Part shown: piece by piece, positions 40,485 to 53,352 of the stretch | Layout: every line of letters begins with the position of its first letter | How positions within the stretch are numbered: the stretch's first letter is position 1 | NCBI RefSeq assembly: GCF_000372725.1 | Contig: NW_005201349.1 | Span: 140,323 to 204,322, forward strand | Direction of reading: 5' to 3' | Source: Emiliania huxleyi CCMP1516 | Lineage: Eukaryota | Length of the DNA: 64,000 nt | Position numbers and translations under genes: made by a program | The notes under the pieces: model-generated | Databases searched by the model: none | Told to the model about the DNA's origin: nothing | The model's input: the letters and a program-made list of their open reading frames with translations, nothing else

Positions 40485-42650
40485 TCATCGCACCACCACC
40501 CTTGGCAGCACAAAGCCGCGCCAGATGTCCGCCAGCTCCGGAGCCGCTCCCTCGCGGCTATCGAAGCGCTCCTCGTCCCATGCAATCAGGTAGCCCAGAT
40601 GCATCACCTCCACCGCTCGCTTGCGAGCCGCCTCCGGGAAGAGCTCGTGCGACTGCGGCGACCACTCCGCCGCCTTGAGGACCAGCCTGCCCACCTCCAC
40701 CTCGGCCGCTGGCTGCAGGTTGGCGGGCCTGAGGGAGGGCAGAGGTGTGTCAAAGAGAGGATCCGGCGAGTCGGGGAGAGACCATTGCATTGCGCGCCTC
40801 AGTGCGAGTGCCTTGGCCTCGCCCGCCACGCGCACGCCGAATCGGCCCGTCGAAGCGTTTGCGGAGACGACCACGCCGACCTTGCCGTTCATCGAAGGCC
40901 GCGAGACGAGAGAGTGGATCGCGACTGTGGAACCGACTGCCGCAGCGGTCGGATCCGACTCGCCCCACGAGCAGAGGACGCGCGCCCGCTCGAGGGCAGA
41001 AGGCTCGCCGGCTGAAGAGTCCGCGCCGCCGCGCAGCAGCGCCCGCGCCCGCTCGACAGTCATCGCCTGCGGAAGAGGGACAATGCGCGTGAGGACAATG
41101 CACGCACGCCCTTGGCCGCTCGTCTTGGGGCAAGCCTCGAGATGCTGGAGCGGCGTCCAGCCGCGGCTGGCGACCAGCCAGGCGGCGAGGTCGGCGTGGC
41201 CGCGGCTGTTTGCGGCCTCCTCGGGCGTGCCGAAGGGCGTTGCGGCGCGGGAGGCGCCGTAGGAGGAGAGGAGCTTGGCGACCTCGAGGTGGCCCTGGTG
41301 GCATGCGGCGAACAGAGGTGTGGCACCGCGGTTCGTGGTTTGGTCGAACGCCGCGCCAGCCGCGAGGAGCAGCTTGGCGACCTCGAGGTGGCCGTCCTGG
41401 CTCGCGATGATCAGCGGCGTGTCGCCATCGTTGCTGGCTTGGTCGACCGTCGCGCCAGCCTCGAGAAGCAGCCGGGCGATCTTGACGTGGTTGTCCTGGC
41501 ACGCCATGTACAGGGGCGTAGCGCCGTCTTCATTGGCCTGGTTGATCGCCGCGCCCGCCTCGAGCAGCAGCCGGGCGACCTCGATGTGATTGTTGCGGCA
41601 CGCGATGAACAGCGGCGTGGCGCCACGGTTCATGGCTTGATTGATCACCGCGCCAGCCTCGAGAAGCAGCCGGGCGATCTCGACGTGGTTGTCCTGGCAC
41701 GCCATGTACAGCGGTGTGCCGCCGTTCGCATCGGCCTGGTTGACCGCCGCGCCAGCCTCAAGGAGCAGCCGAGCGATCTCGAGGTGGTTGAGGTGGCACG
41801 CGATGGACAGCGGCGTGGCGCCATTGTTGCTGGCTTGGTTGACCGCCGCGCCAGCCTTCAGGAGCAGCCGGGCGCACTTGGGGTGGTTGCCCTGGCACGC
41901 CATGTACAGCGGCGTGGCGCCGTTCGCATCGGCCTGGTTGACCGCCGCGCCAGCCTCAAGGAGCAGCCGAGCGATCTCGAGGTGGTTGTTGTGGCACGCG
42001 ATGTACAGCGGCGTGGCGCCGTTGTTCATGGCTTGGTCAACCGCCGCGCCAGCCTTCAGGAGCAGCTGGGCGCTCTCGAGCTGGCCCTGCTGGCACGCCA
42101 CGAACAGAGGCGTGGCGCCGTTGTTGCTGGCTTGGTTGATCGCCGCGCCAGCCTTCAGCAGCAGCCGGGCGCACTCGAGCTGCCCCCCCTGGCAAGCCAC
42201 GAACAGAGGCGTGGCGCCATTGTTGCTGGCTTGGTTGATCGCCGCGCTGGCCTCGAGGAGCAGACGGGCACACTCGACGTGGCCCTTCGCACACGCGATG
42301 AGCAGCGGCGTGCCGCCATTGTTCAGGGCTTGGTCGACCGTTGCGCTGGCCTCGAGGAGCAGCCGGACGATCTCAAGCTGGCCTTCTAGGCACGCAATAG
42401 CCAGCGCGGTGAAGCCAACGCCGTTCGCCGCCCCGACGCTCGCGCCAGCTTCGAGCAGCAGCCGTACCGCCTCGGCTTGCCCGTGCCGAGCGGCCCAGGT
42501 CAGCAGCGTGTCCTGCTTCTCGGTGTCGTGCCGTGCGTCGAGCTGGGCCGCGAGCGACGTGCCGCGCGTCCGCCGCCCGGAGAGGAAATCGCGCAGCGAG
42601 GCCAGGTCGCCCCGAGCCAGGTCGGCGAGGCGGCGAGTGTTCATGTACAT
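40485..42650 (-). CDS. Ankyrin-repeat protein (about 14 repeats) with a C-terminal SH3-like module; probable GC-AG introns at about 41135-41068 and 40799-40732
   Basis: 33-aa GATPL..AC..GH....LLL.AGA repeats. Confidence 0.92.
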   Translation of the reverse strand: MYMNTRRLADLARGDLASLRDFLSGRRTRGTSLAAQLDARHDTEKQDTLLTWAARHGQAEAVRLLLEAGASVGAANGVGFTALAIACLEGQLEIVRLLLEASATVDQALNNGGTPLLIACAKGHVECARLLLEASAAINQASNNGATPLFVACQGGQLECARLLLKAGAAINQASNNGATPLFVACQQGQLESAQLLLKAGAAVDQAMNNGATPLYIACHNNHLEIARLLLEAGAAVNQADANGATPLYMACQGNHPKCARLLLKAGAAVNQASNNGATPLSIACHLNHLEIARLLLEAGAAVNQADANGGTPLYMACQDNHVEIARLLLEAGAVINQAMNRGATPLFIACRNNHIEVARLLLEAGAAINQANEDGATPLYMACQDNHVKIARLLLEAGATVDQASNDGDTPLIIASQDGHLEVAKLLLAAGAAFDQTTNRGATPLFAACHQGHLEVAKLLSSYGASRAATPFGTPEEAANSRGHADLAAWLVASRGWTPLQHLEACPKTSGQGRACIVLTRIVPLPQAMTVERARALLRGGADSSAGEPSALERARVLCSWGESDPTAAAVGSTVAIHSLVSRPSMNGKVGVVVSANASTGRFGVRVAGEAKALALRRAMQWSLPDSPDPLFDTPLPSLRPANLQPAAEVEVGRLVLKAAEWSPQSHELFPEAARKRAVEVMHLGYLIAWDEERFDSREGAAPELADIWRGFVLPRVVVR

Positions 42651-44068
42651 GCGCCACGAAGAAGAAAAACGACTCCGCGGGGTGTGGAGGCGGGACGATG
42701 CCAAAGAGGCAGCGACCTCTGACAGCTGACGAGCGAGGGACGGCACCGGCATACCCGTGTGCACGGGCCAATTCTGCCTCGGAGGCGTACTGCCAGTCGT
42801 GTGAGATGAGGCTGGTGCCGATCGGGGAGGCATTCTGCCGAGAATGCAACCCCGTCGAAGCCAGCCCCTTTAGCCGCCGTTGGTATGCTGTGGAGCAGGT
42901 CAGGAAGCCCCGGAGGGGTATGAGTCGAAGGACGTATCGCGTGGCACGTCTTTTGGCAACCCAGTCGCGCTACCTTTCGGCACGCACAACAGAACGGGAC
43001 TCGTCACGCAGACAGACCGGATACACACCAACACCAACTTGAGGTGACACGGAGGGAGCTAGACAACGCGCTGTGGAGAACGGCGTGGTCGGTCTCACGA
43101 GATGGAGCTAGCTACGCCCTCAAGTGCCGGTGCCACGGAGTGACCCTAGGGTTCCCGTGCCATAGCCGGTCGATCCGGAGGATGCTGATACTTCGGTACA
43201 CGGTCACGGAACCAACCCTCGGAGACCCGTGTTTACTTTAAGGCCCTTTCCCTGCGAACGCGCACCCCCGGGGCTAGGGCTCTCTTGCCCGCAACCCGAT
43301 GCCAATCATCCGGCTCGCTGGGTGTGCTTCTCAGCCCCCCGGCCCTGGATGTGCGGTTGATGACTGCACTCCAAGTGCTCCAAGTGCTTCGAGCGGAAGC
43401 CATAGCAAGGGGGGACCCGAAGCGGGGAAGGCGGTGAGATCGAACGACTGGGGATCCCGCAGGGCCGCGCGAGGGAGGCTGGGACGAGTGGAGTGGTTCC
43501 GCCGCCTGGCAAGCGGAGACGCCGGCAGGGGTGGGAGGACGCGAGGGGAGGCTCCTCGGGACGACGAGTGGACCCGGCCGAGGGGTCGGTCTCGCGGCCG
43601 CGGGCGCCCACCACAGAAGAGGAATCCATCCTCCAGCCACCAGCGGCGACTCGATCGCTTCGGCCCGACGGCGGCCAGCCGCAAGGCTACGGGTATGAGC
43701 TGAGGCGTACCCCCGGCTGAGGAGGCGACCCGGAGGTGGGCAGCGTGAGGCGACCCGGAGGCGACCCGGAGGCTGTGTCCCGGGAAGCGGGCAGCGTGAC
43801 GACGACGCCACCTTGTAACCTACCTCCCATACGTGTTTGTTAGTCAGCCTTTCCTCGGGCTGTTCATCTCCTCATCTCTTTCCGACCTAGGCGGGGCGGT
43901 GGGCGTGTGCAAGGGGTGTGTGTGTGTGAAGTGAGTGACACACTGCGCAAGGGGCCCCCAAAAGGGGCCGCCATATTGGCGCCTCGACCTACCCACTCCT
44001 TGCCCGCCATCGGTTCGGCCTTCCTTTGGTATCCGCGCGAATTGCATCCTACTTGCCTTGTGCTCGTC

Positions 44069-46152
44069 ATGGCCACGGAGGCGGAGCTCGAGACGGTCGA
44101 CACCGAGGGCCAGAGCGCGCCCGCCGTCACCAGCCAAAAGTCCGTCACCGTGAGCGACCCGGCCGTCGTCGCCCTCTCGGAAGTGAAGCTGAGCTCGCAG
44201 AAAACGACGAACAAGTCCTACAAGTCAGACTGCAGCAACATCACGCGGCCGGAGGGCTACCTCCCGGTCGGCCAGCGGCCCTCGGTTCCGCTGGTGCAGT
44301 CGACGATCGGCATCACGTCCGAGTGGCTCACTGAGGTCTACACGATGCGCGGCTTTCTCAAAGAGGGCGGGAAGGTCACCTCGTGCAATGTGAAGCCGCT
44401 CGGTGAGGGCGAGGGTGTGATGGGCCTGCTCGCCATCTGCACGGTCGAGCTCGAGAACGCCGAGGCGCACGCGCCGCTCCAGTTCGTCGCCAAGTTTTCG
44501 CCGGTGCGCCGCCCTCTCTCTCGCACGCGCGTCGCCGCCACCGCGCCCACCGCACCGGCAGGAAGGAGAGCTCGCAGCGCACGCAGCTCACCCGTCCCGC
44601 GCGCGCCCCGCAGTGCAAGACTTCGATGCCGGGCTTCATGCTCCGCTCCATCTTCGGCGCCGAGGCGCACTGGTACAATGACATGGAGGAGCTCGACCAG
44701 GGGCTCGGCAGGCCCGCCGCCTTCTTCATCGGTGCTCCCTCCTGCCGCTGCCAGCCCCTCCTGCCACGCGAAGCCACGCCACGCCGCTCCCCTTCACTCC
44801 TGCCACACCAGCCCTCGACACTCTCTCCCTTCCCTCCTGCCACTCCCTCCCGCCACTCCCAACCCCTTCACCGCCGCACGCGCCCGCACCGCCGCACCCG
44901 CACCGCGCATGCACCGCCGCCGCTCGCACCGCCGCCGCTCGCGCAACCGCCGGGCACGGCCGCGACAAGCCCACGACGCGTCGAGCGTGTCGTCGCAGGC
45001 GCCAAGCTCTTCCACAAGCGCTTCTGGAAGCGGAAGCCTGTCTTCTGCATGCTCGTCGAGATGATGCCCAAGCCGCTCTACTCGCGCACGTCTGGCTGCG
45101 ACAACCTGCAGCACCTGCGGCTGGTGATGACATCGCTCGCCTCGTTCCACGCGCGGTGGTGGAAGGCGTCGAAGAAGGAGGAGCCGCTGACGTGGGTGTC
45201 GGCGCCGGGCACTGACCACATGGGCCTCTTCAAGAACGCGCTCATCTTTTCAGTCAACAAGGGCTTCCCGGCGCTACAGCGCTGCTGGGGAGACACCTAC
45301 AAGCCGGTGCTCGCGATGAAGCCGGTGATCATGCAGAAGCTCAAGTGGTTCGTGCGCGAGGTGTACAAGCCGCCGCTCACCCTCTGCCACGGCGACGTCC
45401 ACCTCGACAACATCTTCTTCGACGAGTCTTTCCCGACCGGCATGAAGATGATTGACTTCGGAAACATCTGCATCGCGCAGGCGGGCACTCCCCACCGCCG
45501 CCCCTCCCTCCGCCGCCGCCGCCACCGCCGCCACTCCCCAGGCCCACATCCCGAGCCCACCCGCCGCTGGCCGTTGCCGCCGCCACCGCCCGCCCGCCGC
45601 CTCCCCTCGCCTCCCTGCCCCTCGCCTCCGTGCCCCTCGCCTGCCTGCCCCTCGCCTGCCTGCCTCTCGCCTCCGCCGTCCGTGTCCTCCCCCCCCCCCC
45701 CGCCGCCGCCGTCACCCCCCCCCCCCCCCCGGCCGCAGGCGGGCTTTGACGTCGCCTACTTCCTCGCGCAAAACATCGAGCCCGAGCTGCGCCGCACCTG
45801 CGAGGCGGAGCTCATGCTGCTCTACCACGAGCGGCTCGTCCGCGACGGCGTCGAGGGCTACTCGCTCGACGACTGCTGGCGGTCGTACCGCCTCAACCTC
45901 TTCCGCGTCCTGATCAACGTCATGTTCGTCTCGTACGACCAGTTCGCGGCCGACGCGAAGCGCAAGCGCGGCATGTTCGCCGAGACGCCCACCAAGGAGG
46001 ACGAGAAGCTGCGCGCCACCTACGACGCCACCAACCGCCGCATGGCCGCCGCCCTCGTCGACGCAAAGTTCGACGAGCTGCTCAGCAGCGAGGGCAAGAC
46101 GATGCACAACCCGTGCCGCTTCCTGCCCGGGGTGGGCAACTTTTGCGCCTGA
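44069..46152 (+). CDS. EcKinase/CHK-like (APH-family) phosphotransferase; introns 44504-44613, 44732-44998 and 45481-45738
   Basis: LASFHARWW, TLCHGDVHLDNIFF, IDFG and DVAYFL. The splice sites restore one reading frame. Confidence 0.85.
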
Positions 46153-46810
46153 GCGGCGCCCGCCCGCCCCTTCGGGGGGGGCGGGGGGCGGGGGCGCGAG
46201 CAGAGGCGCGGGGGGCGCAAGCAAAGGGCCGGTGCGCCCCTTCATTATATTGCGCGCCGGTGCTGCGCCCCATCGCGGCCGCCCCCCCTCCCCCGCTCCC
46301 CCTCCACTTCTCCTTGTCGATAGAGGGCGAAGCTCTGACGAGGCGCAGAGCTCGCCGGCTGCGGGACTGGGCTTCGGGCGCCCTGGCCCGTCTGCCCTGT
46401 ACGTTTAGAGGTCTGATGTCCTGGCCGTGGCGCACATCCGAGTGTGTGCCCCCCCCCATGGTGCCCCCGCGACGCCGAGTCGTATGAAGTATTGAGTATT
46501 GTGTGGTGCTGTTGGGCGTGTGCTGTGCTTTGTGCGTTTTGACTTGAAACGAGAACACAAAACCGAGTCAGCGAGGTGACTCTGGAGGAGACTCGCCACA
46601 TGAGGAGTCCACACACCACAGTCGCTGAACAGCCTCATCCGGCTCACTTGACACTTGAGAGCGCCAGCGACAACCGAGCGAGAGCGCAAATCTCCCCACC
46701 GTGACACCCTGTATGTACGGATCTTGCCGCTCGAACATGCTGCCTCCTCGACGACATGTGAAGATGTGTCGGGCCGCAAAGCCGCGTATACTCTACCGTA
46801 CTGGTACTCT

Positions 46811-47753
46811 CTAGGTCAAGCTCAAGGTGCCCGTCCCTGAGTGAGAGCGCAGGACGCGCGTCTCGGCGGCGCCGCGCCGCTCGTCCCTCTCCGCCAAGTC
46901 AATAAAGCTCTGCTCCGTCAGCCCCAAATGCTCCACCGGCTGTTTCTTGGCGTGCCATGACCCGCTTCTCCGGTGCCTCTGCTCTCCCGCCCCGCCCAAG
47001 CGGCACCGCGCACGCGAGACGCCCTCTCGAGGTGGAGCCCGTTCAATGTCGCGCTAAAAGCGTGATCGCGTCTCGTTTACAGTGCATACTCACAACCACG
47101 CACACCATGTCTCAAAACTCCTACCCGACAATCATACCCTCCACGACACCGGCATACACGGTGACGGTCGCGTGCACCGCCGCGGTGCCGTCCTCCGTCT
47201 CGGCCTCCATCGCCTCCAGCTCCACCATGTCTGCCGCCTCGATGACGACAGCGTCCGGTGCGTCGCCGCCGACGGCCCCGCCCGGCGCGGCGAGCGGCAT
47301 GTGCGGTGGCGCGCCCTGCTGCGCGGCCGCCGCCGGCTCGGCCGTGGTCACGGCCGGAGCCGGGCCTGGGTCGGGCGCGGCCGGAGCCGGCGGCTCAGGC
47401 CGCTGCAGCGCGGCTCGCGCCGGCTGGCGGTGAATGGCGGTCCGCATACCCTGCTGCGCGGCGCCCGACGCCCGGTCGAGAGCTTTGGTCTCCACCGCAG
47501 TCTTGCGGTTGGCGGGCCGGCAGCTTTCGCAACCAGCAGCCTCCGCACCCGGGCGGCATGGGGGGGTGCAGCGGCAGCCGCGGAAGCCCGCAATATACTT
47601 CCACCGCTCGTAGACGCCGTGCGCCGTAGCGAAGATAGGGTAGTGTGATTCTTCCGCCGACCGCAGCTGCTGCTGCGCCACCTCCGTGATGCGCCGGAGC
47701 CATCGCCTCCAAAGGGAAGGCGGCGCCTTGTCACCGAGCTTGGAGCGGGCCAT
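46811..47753 (-). CDS. Hypothetical multi-exon gene, possibly part of the adjacent transposon
   Basis: MARSKLGDKAPPSLWRRWL... and further coding-like segments; no recognisable domain. Confidence 0.3.
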
Positions 47754-48028
47754 CGAATTCGTATTCTCGCACCTATTCCGTGTGGTGGTCGGCGAATGGG
47801 TATATGTGTTAGGTGTGTGCCAATCGGAGGGATTAAGATAGAGAGGGGCCTGTGCGCGAGCGCGTGAGTTCTCACACATGTTCGTCATTGTGCAGTGTGT
47901 GGCGCTGAGTACCAAGAGTAGTGAGTACGTGTGTCGAGGCTCAGTTTCGAGTTCGGTATCATCTAATTGCCGCGGGGATGTGCGTAAAGTGTGGGCGAGG
48001 TGAGTGGCGGAGATCAGCATAAAAGTTG

Positions 48029-49058
48029 CTACTTCTCGAGAATCGTTCGTAGTTGGCTCCCTAAAAGTGAGCATCTACCGGCTCACAGATCCGTGCCCTG
48101 AATGCGATCCTTGACCAGCAGCTGCGCGTCCGGCCCGAGCTGCGCCTCGACGACGGTCCTCGCCGCGTTGTGCATCAGCACGGCCTGCGCGGACACACGG
48201 CTGAAGCCTCCCCGGCCGTGCATGGCCTTGACCTTTCGGCCCGCCGAGTGGACCGGCCCCCACTGCAGGTCTGGGTCCAGCTTGTCCAGAATCAGACGGT
48301 CCATCTACGGGCGCGGGCAGGACAATGAGTGAGCTCTATGGGGTGAAGCTCACAACCGCCGCACCGCAGGCGGGCGCCTGGTCAGCCGTCTCCCACCTGA
48401 CTGCGGGCGCGTAGCCTCGCGCGGTGCAGCCCAGGTACCAGCTTGAAAGCCGCTCAATCACTTCAGCAGCCTCTGTGTCGCCGTGTGCGCGTGCGTCGCT
48501 CGCCACGGCGAGCGAGAAGGCGCGGGCCGCGATGGGCACCGACTGCGGATGGAACCCCACGTTCATTGAGTTCGGATGCAGCAGCCTCGGCGGCACCTCC
48601 CGCAGGTCCCTCTTGGCCGCCTGGACCCTCTCCTCCTGCCGGTCGATGACGCGCGAGACGGCTCGGCCGACCCGCACAATCAGGCTGTCTGCGCTCGGCG
48701 CCGCAGCCCCAGCCCCCGCCCCTGCCTCCTCCCCCTCGCCCTCTGGTGGCTCCTCCGCAAGCAGCTGCGCCTCTGCGTCGGCTGCGCCGGCCAAGGGCGG
48801 CAGCTTGTCGGAGCGCAGCGGTTCGGAGACTGCGGCAACAGGGGCCGGTGGAGGCGCATTCGCACGCTGCGAGTTCCGATAAGCGATGCGGCACGAGGTC
48901 AGCCAGTTCTTGAGCGTGTGCGGCGGGTCCCAGAAGAGACTCAGCGGCATATGCACTGGCAGCGGTGCAGCCGCCGGCGTCAGGCGAATCCACTCTGGGT
49001 ACGCGAACGCGGCCTCAAAATCGCGGTTCAGCATCGACTTATACTGATCGTGTATGAA
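48029..49058 (-). mobile_element. P-element/THAP9-like transposase fragment, copy 1 (cut by the assembly gap)
   Basis: FWDPPHTLKNW (DxxH motif) and PQSVPIAARAFSLAVA. Identical to 56313-57342. Confidence 0.55.
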
Positions 49059-49158
49059 NNNNNNNNNNNNNNNNNNNNNNNNNNNNNNNNNNNNNNNNNN
49101 NNNNNNNNNNNNNNNNNNNNNNNNNNNNNNNNNNNNNNNNNNNNNNNNNNNNNNNNNN
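49059..49158. other. Assembly gap (100 N)
   Basis: Run of N. Confidence 1.
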
Positions 49159-49848
49159 TACGCGCGCCACTTCTTGCGGGCGCTGCTGGCCGAGGACGAC
49201 CGGTACGCAGAGGACCAGTTCGAGGTCTTCAGCTGCGACGGCGAGTTCTCCCTCGCGCTTGAGCCGCGCACGAAGCCGGAGCGCCTCCCGCGCGTCATTG
49301 AGACGGCTTTGGCTGGCTCCCCGTCGCTCCGAGCGGCATACCGCCGCATGTTCACCGAGAGAGCTGCACCGGCCCCGGCCCCGGCGCCCTCGGCCGGGCC
49401 TCCCGGCGCCATGCCCTCGCCTGGCCCGCCGTATGGCGGTGGCATGCCCTTCCCATGGGGCTATGGCACGGTGTACCCACAGGCTGCCTACCCGCCATCC
49501 CACTACTTGTGGCCTCCAGGGCAGTGGTCGCAAGCTCCGCCGCAGTGGCCGCCAGCGGCGGCGGCGCAGTGGCAGCCACCTCCGCCGCAGCCGCCCCTGC
49601 CGACCGGACCGCGGGTCGGAGCAGCCAACGGTCCAATGCCGTCGATGCGGCCGCCACCCCACCCCGCTCCTCCCGTGGCACCACCCCGGCCCATGCCACC
49701 TCCAGGCGACCCTCCGCCGCGCCCAGCCCCTGAGCCGGTCGCGCCAGGCGCCCCTCCGCCGCGCCCAACCCCTCAGCCGGTCGCGCCGCGCCCCACCGCT
49801 GCTGCAGTGGACGACATGGCAATCTTCGGAGGGACGCCCGAGGATTAG
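49159..49848 (+). CDS. 3' end of a proline-rich protein truncated by the gap
   Basis: Open frame from the gap to the stop at 49848. Confidence 0.4.
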   Translation, partial: YARHFLRALLAEDDRYAEDQFEVFSCDGEFSLALEPRTKPERLPRVIETALAGSPSLRAAYRRMFTERAAPAPAPAPSAGPPGAMPSPGPPYGGGMPFPWGYGTVYPQAAYPPSHYLWPPGQWSQAPPQWPPAAAAQWQPPPPQPPLPTGPRVGAANGPMPSMRPPPHPAPPVAPPRPMPPPGDPPPRPAPEPVAPGAPPPRPTPQPVAPRPTAAAVDDMAIFGGTPED

Positions 49849-49859
49849 CCTTGGGTGTC

Positions 49860-50036
49860 GCCCTCGCGCTCTCGCTCTCGCTCGCTCTCTCTTGCGCGCG
49901 CACTCTCTCTCGCTCGCTCGCTCGCTCGCTCTTTTGCGCTCTCTGGCTCCCTCTCTCGCTTGCTTGCTCGCTCTCTTGCGCTCTCTCTTGCGCTCGCGCG
50001 CGCGCGCTGCTCGCTCGCTCGCTCGCGCTGCTCTTG
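49860..50036. repeat. (CTCG)n/(CT)n-type microsatellite
   Basis: Directly visible. Confidence 0.85.
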
Positions 50037-50556
50037 CATGCACGCTGCACATTGTCCCATGGGCGAGAGAGCTCTCTCGTCGTCTCGGCTCCTCGCTCAA
50101 GTACGTCGCATTTTGTACCTCGGTCGAGAATTTTGCTTTCCGGCTGGTTTTGGTTTGTCGTGTGAGTCGTCTCTGCACTCTCTGACGGTATGTGGAACGT
50201 ATGTATCTTTTTTACTATATTTATCAAGGAATTTTAGTTATTACGTATTATCCAAATTATTGTGTATCTTACTCGAACCTTTGGACTCTCCTGCCGCTCT
50301 GCCGTGTCGGGTTGTGACGAGGGGTGAGGGGACACGGATTGAAGATCCCTCACACCAAGATCGTGCAGGGCGGGGACACATGTCCCTAAATCCCATCTCG
50401 TCTCAGAGTTTGAGCTTTGACCGCGTTTTATTTATTTTGGACAGCGATTTGACCCAAAACAGCGGTCGTGCCGGTCGTTTATCCTAGTGTAGTGTGGGAA
50501 GGTCCATCACCCATGCAGCGATAATCACCACTGATGAATCCTAGCAGCAGAGTGAC

Positions 50557-50665
50557 CCGAGATATGGGGAGATATCGGGAGATGTCGTGAGAGATATGGG
50601 GAGATGTAGGTCGCGCCTCGAGCAGCCGAGCTGCATTATAGAGATGGGGATACATGGGGAGATGT
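50557..50665. repeat. GAGATATGGG-type degenerate repeat, probably intronic in a minus-strand hypothetical gene (about 50.4-51.3 kb)
   Basis: About six GGGAGAT(A/G)T units next to coding-like sequence at 50690-50990. Confidence 0.5.
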
Positions 50666-52099
50666 GGTAACATGTCTCCCGCCAAAGAAGAGAAAAGAAG
50701 TTCGACCCGGGACCGTCCGCGAAACGTCCCTCGGTCGCACTTCGGCGACAGTCTCGCTTCGGCCTCTCGCCGCTGGTTGTGAATATGCGCAACATCCATC
50801 CGTCCACAACCAATTGGTAGAGCACACCTCGTCCCTGCGCCACAATGGCTGCGTGACGGGCGAGCTCCCAGTGTGGGGCAGCTTGTGGATTCATCACAGC
50901 GTTGAGATCAGGATGGAGCGAGTTGGACCACTCAGAAGCTGACCTGAGCAGTGCCCCTGTCAACACGGTCAGGGCAGGAAGGGCGGACATGGACCCGCTG
51001 CGAACTCCCTTGTCTGGGCAGTAGCTGCCGGCCGTGAATCCCTTCCCGGACCAAGAATAAACGTGCATGTGCGATGCGTGCCGGCGTACGTGGAGCGACC
51101 GTTTACTGGCAGATGGATGTGGCAGTGCGGGTGTGCCGCCGTCTCGGTGTGTCCACTCCCTAGGAGTGTTGACGCTACCTGAGTTCGGCAGCCGCCCGCG
51201 GTGATCATGTGGACCTGGTGCATGCGAACTCGCTCGCGGCTCAGCTGCGGCTCGGCTCCGGCTGTCGGCGTCTCGCGTCTCGCTCCTCTGTGCGGCCGCA
51301 TGTCGAGTGACATTACTCGGCTCTGTCCTCTTTGGTCTGTCCACAGCTCCCTACCAATGCCCGTCCCCGCTGCTCTCTGCTGAGACTACCCCCCTCCCCT
51401 CCCAACGACCACCACTGCACAGGTGAATGCCGCTCACTGCCGAGATGACGCACCAGTCATTCCGTTTGACCTCTCTACAGAGCACCACACAAGCCCACAG
51501 AAAACCTAATTTTTGAACGCGGAGGCCTATAAGTGCCCACCCGTTTTTGTACTCGTGCGTGTGTGGTGCGGACTGTGGGGCTCAGGACTGTGGGGCTCAG
51601 GGGGGGCAGCCTCCCTCCCTCCCTCTTTCCCTTTCCTGCCTGCCTGCCTGTCTCTGGTCTGTCGGAGTCTGTCTGTCTGTGTGAGAGGGTGCGGCCCGCT
51701 AGAGTTCCACCCGGTCGTCTGCCGCGCGGCTCGCCGTCCGCACTGCCAAGTCCTCTCGCTCACGTGAGCGGACGAGCTGGGTTGGGCACAGGTGCGTGTG
51801 AGGCACACTCGCACGGCGTCTCACACTAGAGGCCACTCGTACGGCCTACGAAGCTGCCCCTCTCGAGGGAAGCCCAGACAATTCGCCTTCTTTTTCTCTC
51901 TTTATTTATAAGTGTGAGTGCGCAGTCGGGAATTGTGTAGCAGCGGCCCCAACTCCTCAGGGAGCTTAGATTTGTAAGAAGCGCACCTAGCGGATGATCG
52001 GGCTGGATGATCGGGCTGGAGCTCGAGAGAGATTTCACGTAAACGCACAACCCCGGGCCCGATCTTCACGGGGACAGCCACCACCCTCGCCTTAAGACT

Positions 52100-53352
52100 A
52101 TGGCAGCGGCTGCGCTGGTCGCTCGCATGGGCCGCACCGTGGCGCTGTCCTCGGACATCGCCACGCGTGTCGTCTACAAGCGGTGGTTCCTCGAACAAAC
52201 CTACGAGACGATCGCTGCAGAACTTGAGATTGGCACCACGACTGCGTGGCAAATCTACCAGCGCTTTGTGCAGACAGACGGCGTCGAGACGTTCCAGGGT
52301 CGACGGCCTAACGATCCGTGGAACGGCCTTGTGTCGTCTCACCTGCGCGAGCCGCTCCTCCGGGCCCTCACCGAGTGCGACGCCGAGTCGGACCTGCAGG
52401 ACATTGCCGACGCCTTCCAGCGCTTGACTGGCGTCGCCGTCTCGACCTCTGCTATCTGCCGCACGTCGATCGCGATGGGCTGGACGCGCAAAATTGTGCG
52501 CCGCCATAGCGGCTTCTGGTCTGATATTGAGCATCTCCAACCATCTCTCCCCTCCCCGCACAGCTCTCGCAGCTGCTGGACCGGCACGACGAGCAGGCCG
52601 CGCATGAGTTTGTCTTGCGCATCCTCTCCACCTACGCGATGTGTCAGCTGGTGTGGGCGGATGAGGCTTCGTGCGATGCCCGCAACCTTCTCACGAAGTG
52701 CGTTTGTGCTTGCACGCGCGCGCGCACTCCTCTCGCCCTCCTGAGGCCGCTCGTGTCTCACTGCGCAGGCGGTTCGGCCGAGCGCTGCGCGGTGAGCGCG
52801 CAAACTCCGAGCGCGGCATCACCGTCCGCGGCCAGCGGTGGTCGGTGCTGGGCGTGTTTGATGTCACTCGCGGTTACGTTGACCACTATGCCGTGGAGGG
52901 CCCCATCGATGCGGAGCTGCTGTTGGAGGCCGTCACCAACCACGTGGTGAGGCTGCCCGTGCGCGGCGCCCCTCTCACCACCTGTCTCACCTGCTGCCCC
53001 CCCCCCCCCCCCCCCCCAGATGCCTCACATGAACCCGTTCACTGGGCCCCAGGGCCGCGAGGAGCGGTCAGTCCTTGTTTGGGACAATTGCCGAACGCAC
53101 GGGCGCCACGAGCTGCTGAACCTCATGTTTGAGTCGGGCTTCGTCGTGGAGTTTTTGCCCCCGTATTGCCCTGAGATCGCTCCACACGAAAAGTGCCTCC
53201 GGCGGATGAAGCTGGCGGTGCGCGCAGCGGAGTGTGATTTCCGTGCCATGGATTTGGGTGTGCCGGACCTCATTGAATACGGCATGGCGCATGTGACGCC
53301 TGCGGTGTTCCGCTCGGCGCTGCATGAGTGTGGTTATGGGTCGGTGTTGTGA
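52100..53352 (+). mobile_element. Tc1/IS630-superfamily DD34E transposase gene, 346 aa, with 3 GT-AG introns (52496-52563, 52698-52768, 52947-53019)
   Basis: N-terminal HTH (YETIAAELEIGTTTAWQIYQRF), WADEAS, VLVWDNCRTH and FLPPYCPEIAPHE, with 34 residues between the second D and the E. Splicing gives an intact frame. Confidence 0.85.

Noticed and set aside
49039..50487. ORFs spanning the (CTCG)n tract and the gap
   Set aside because: They are translations of microsatellite and N sequence.
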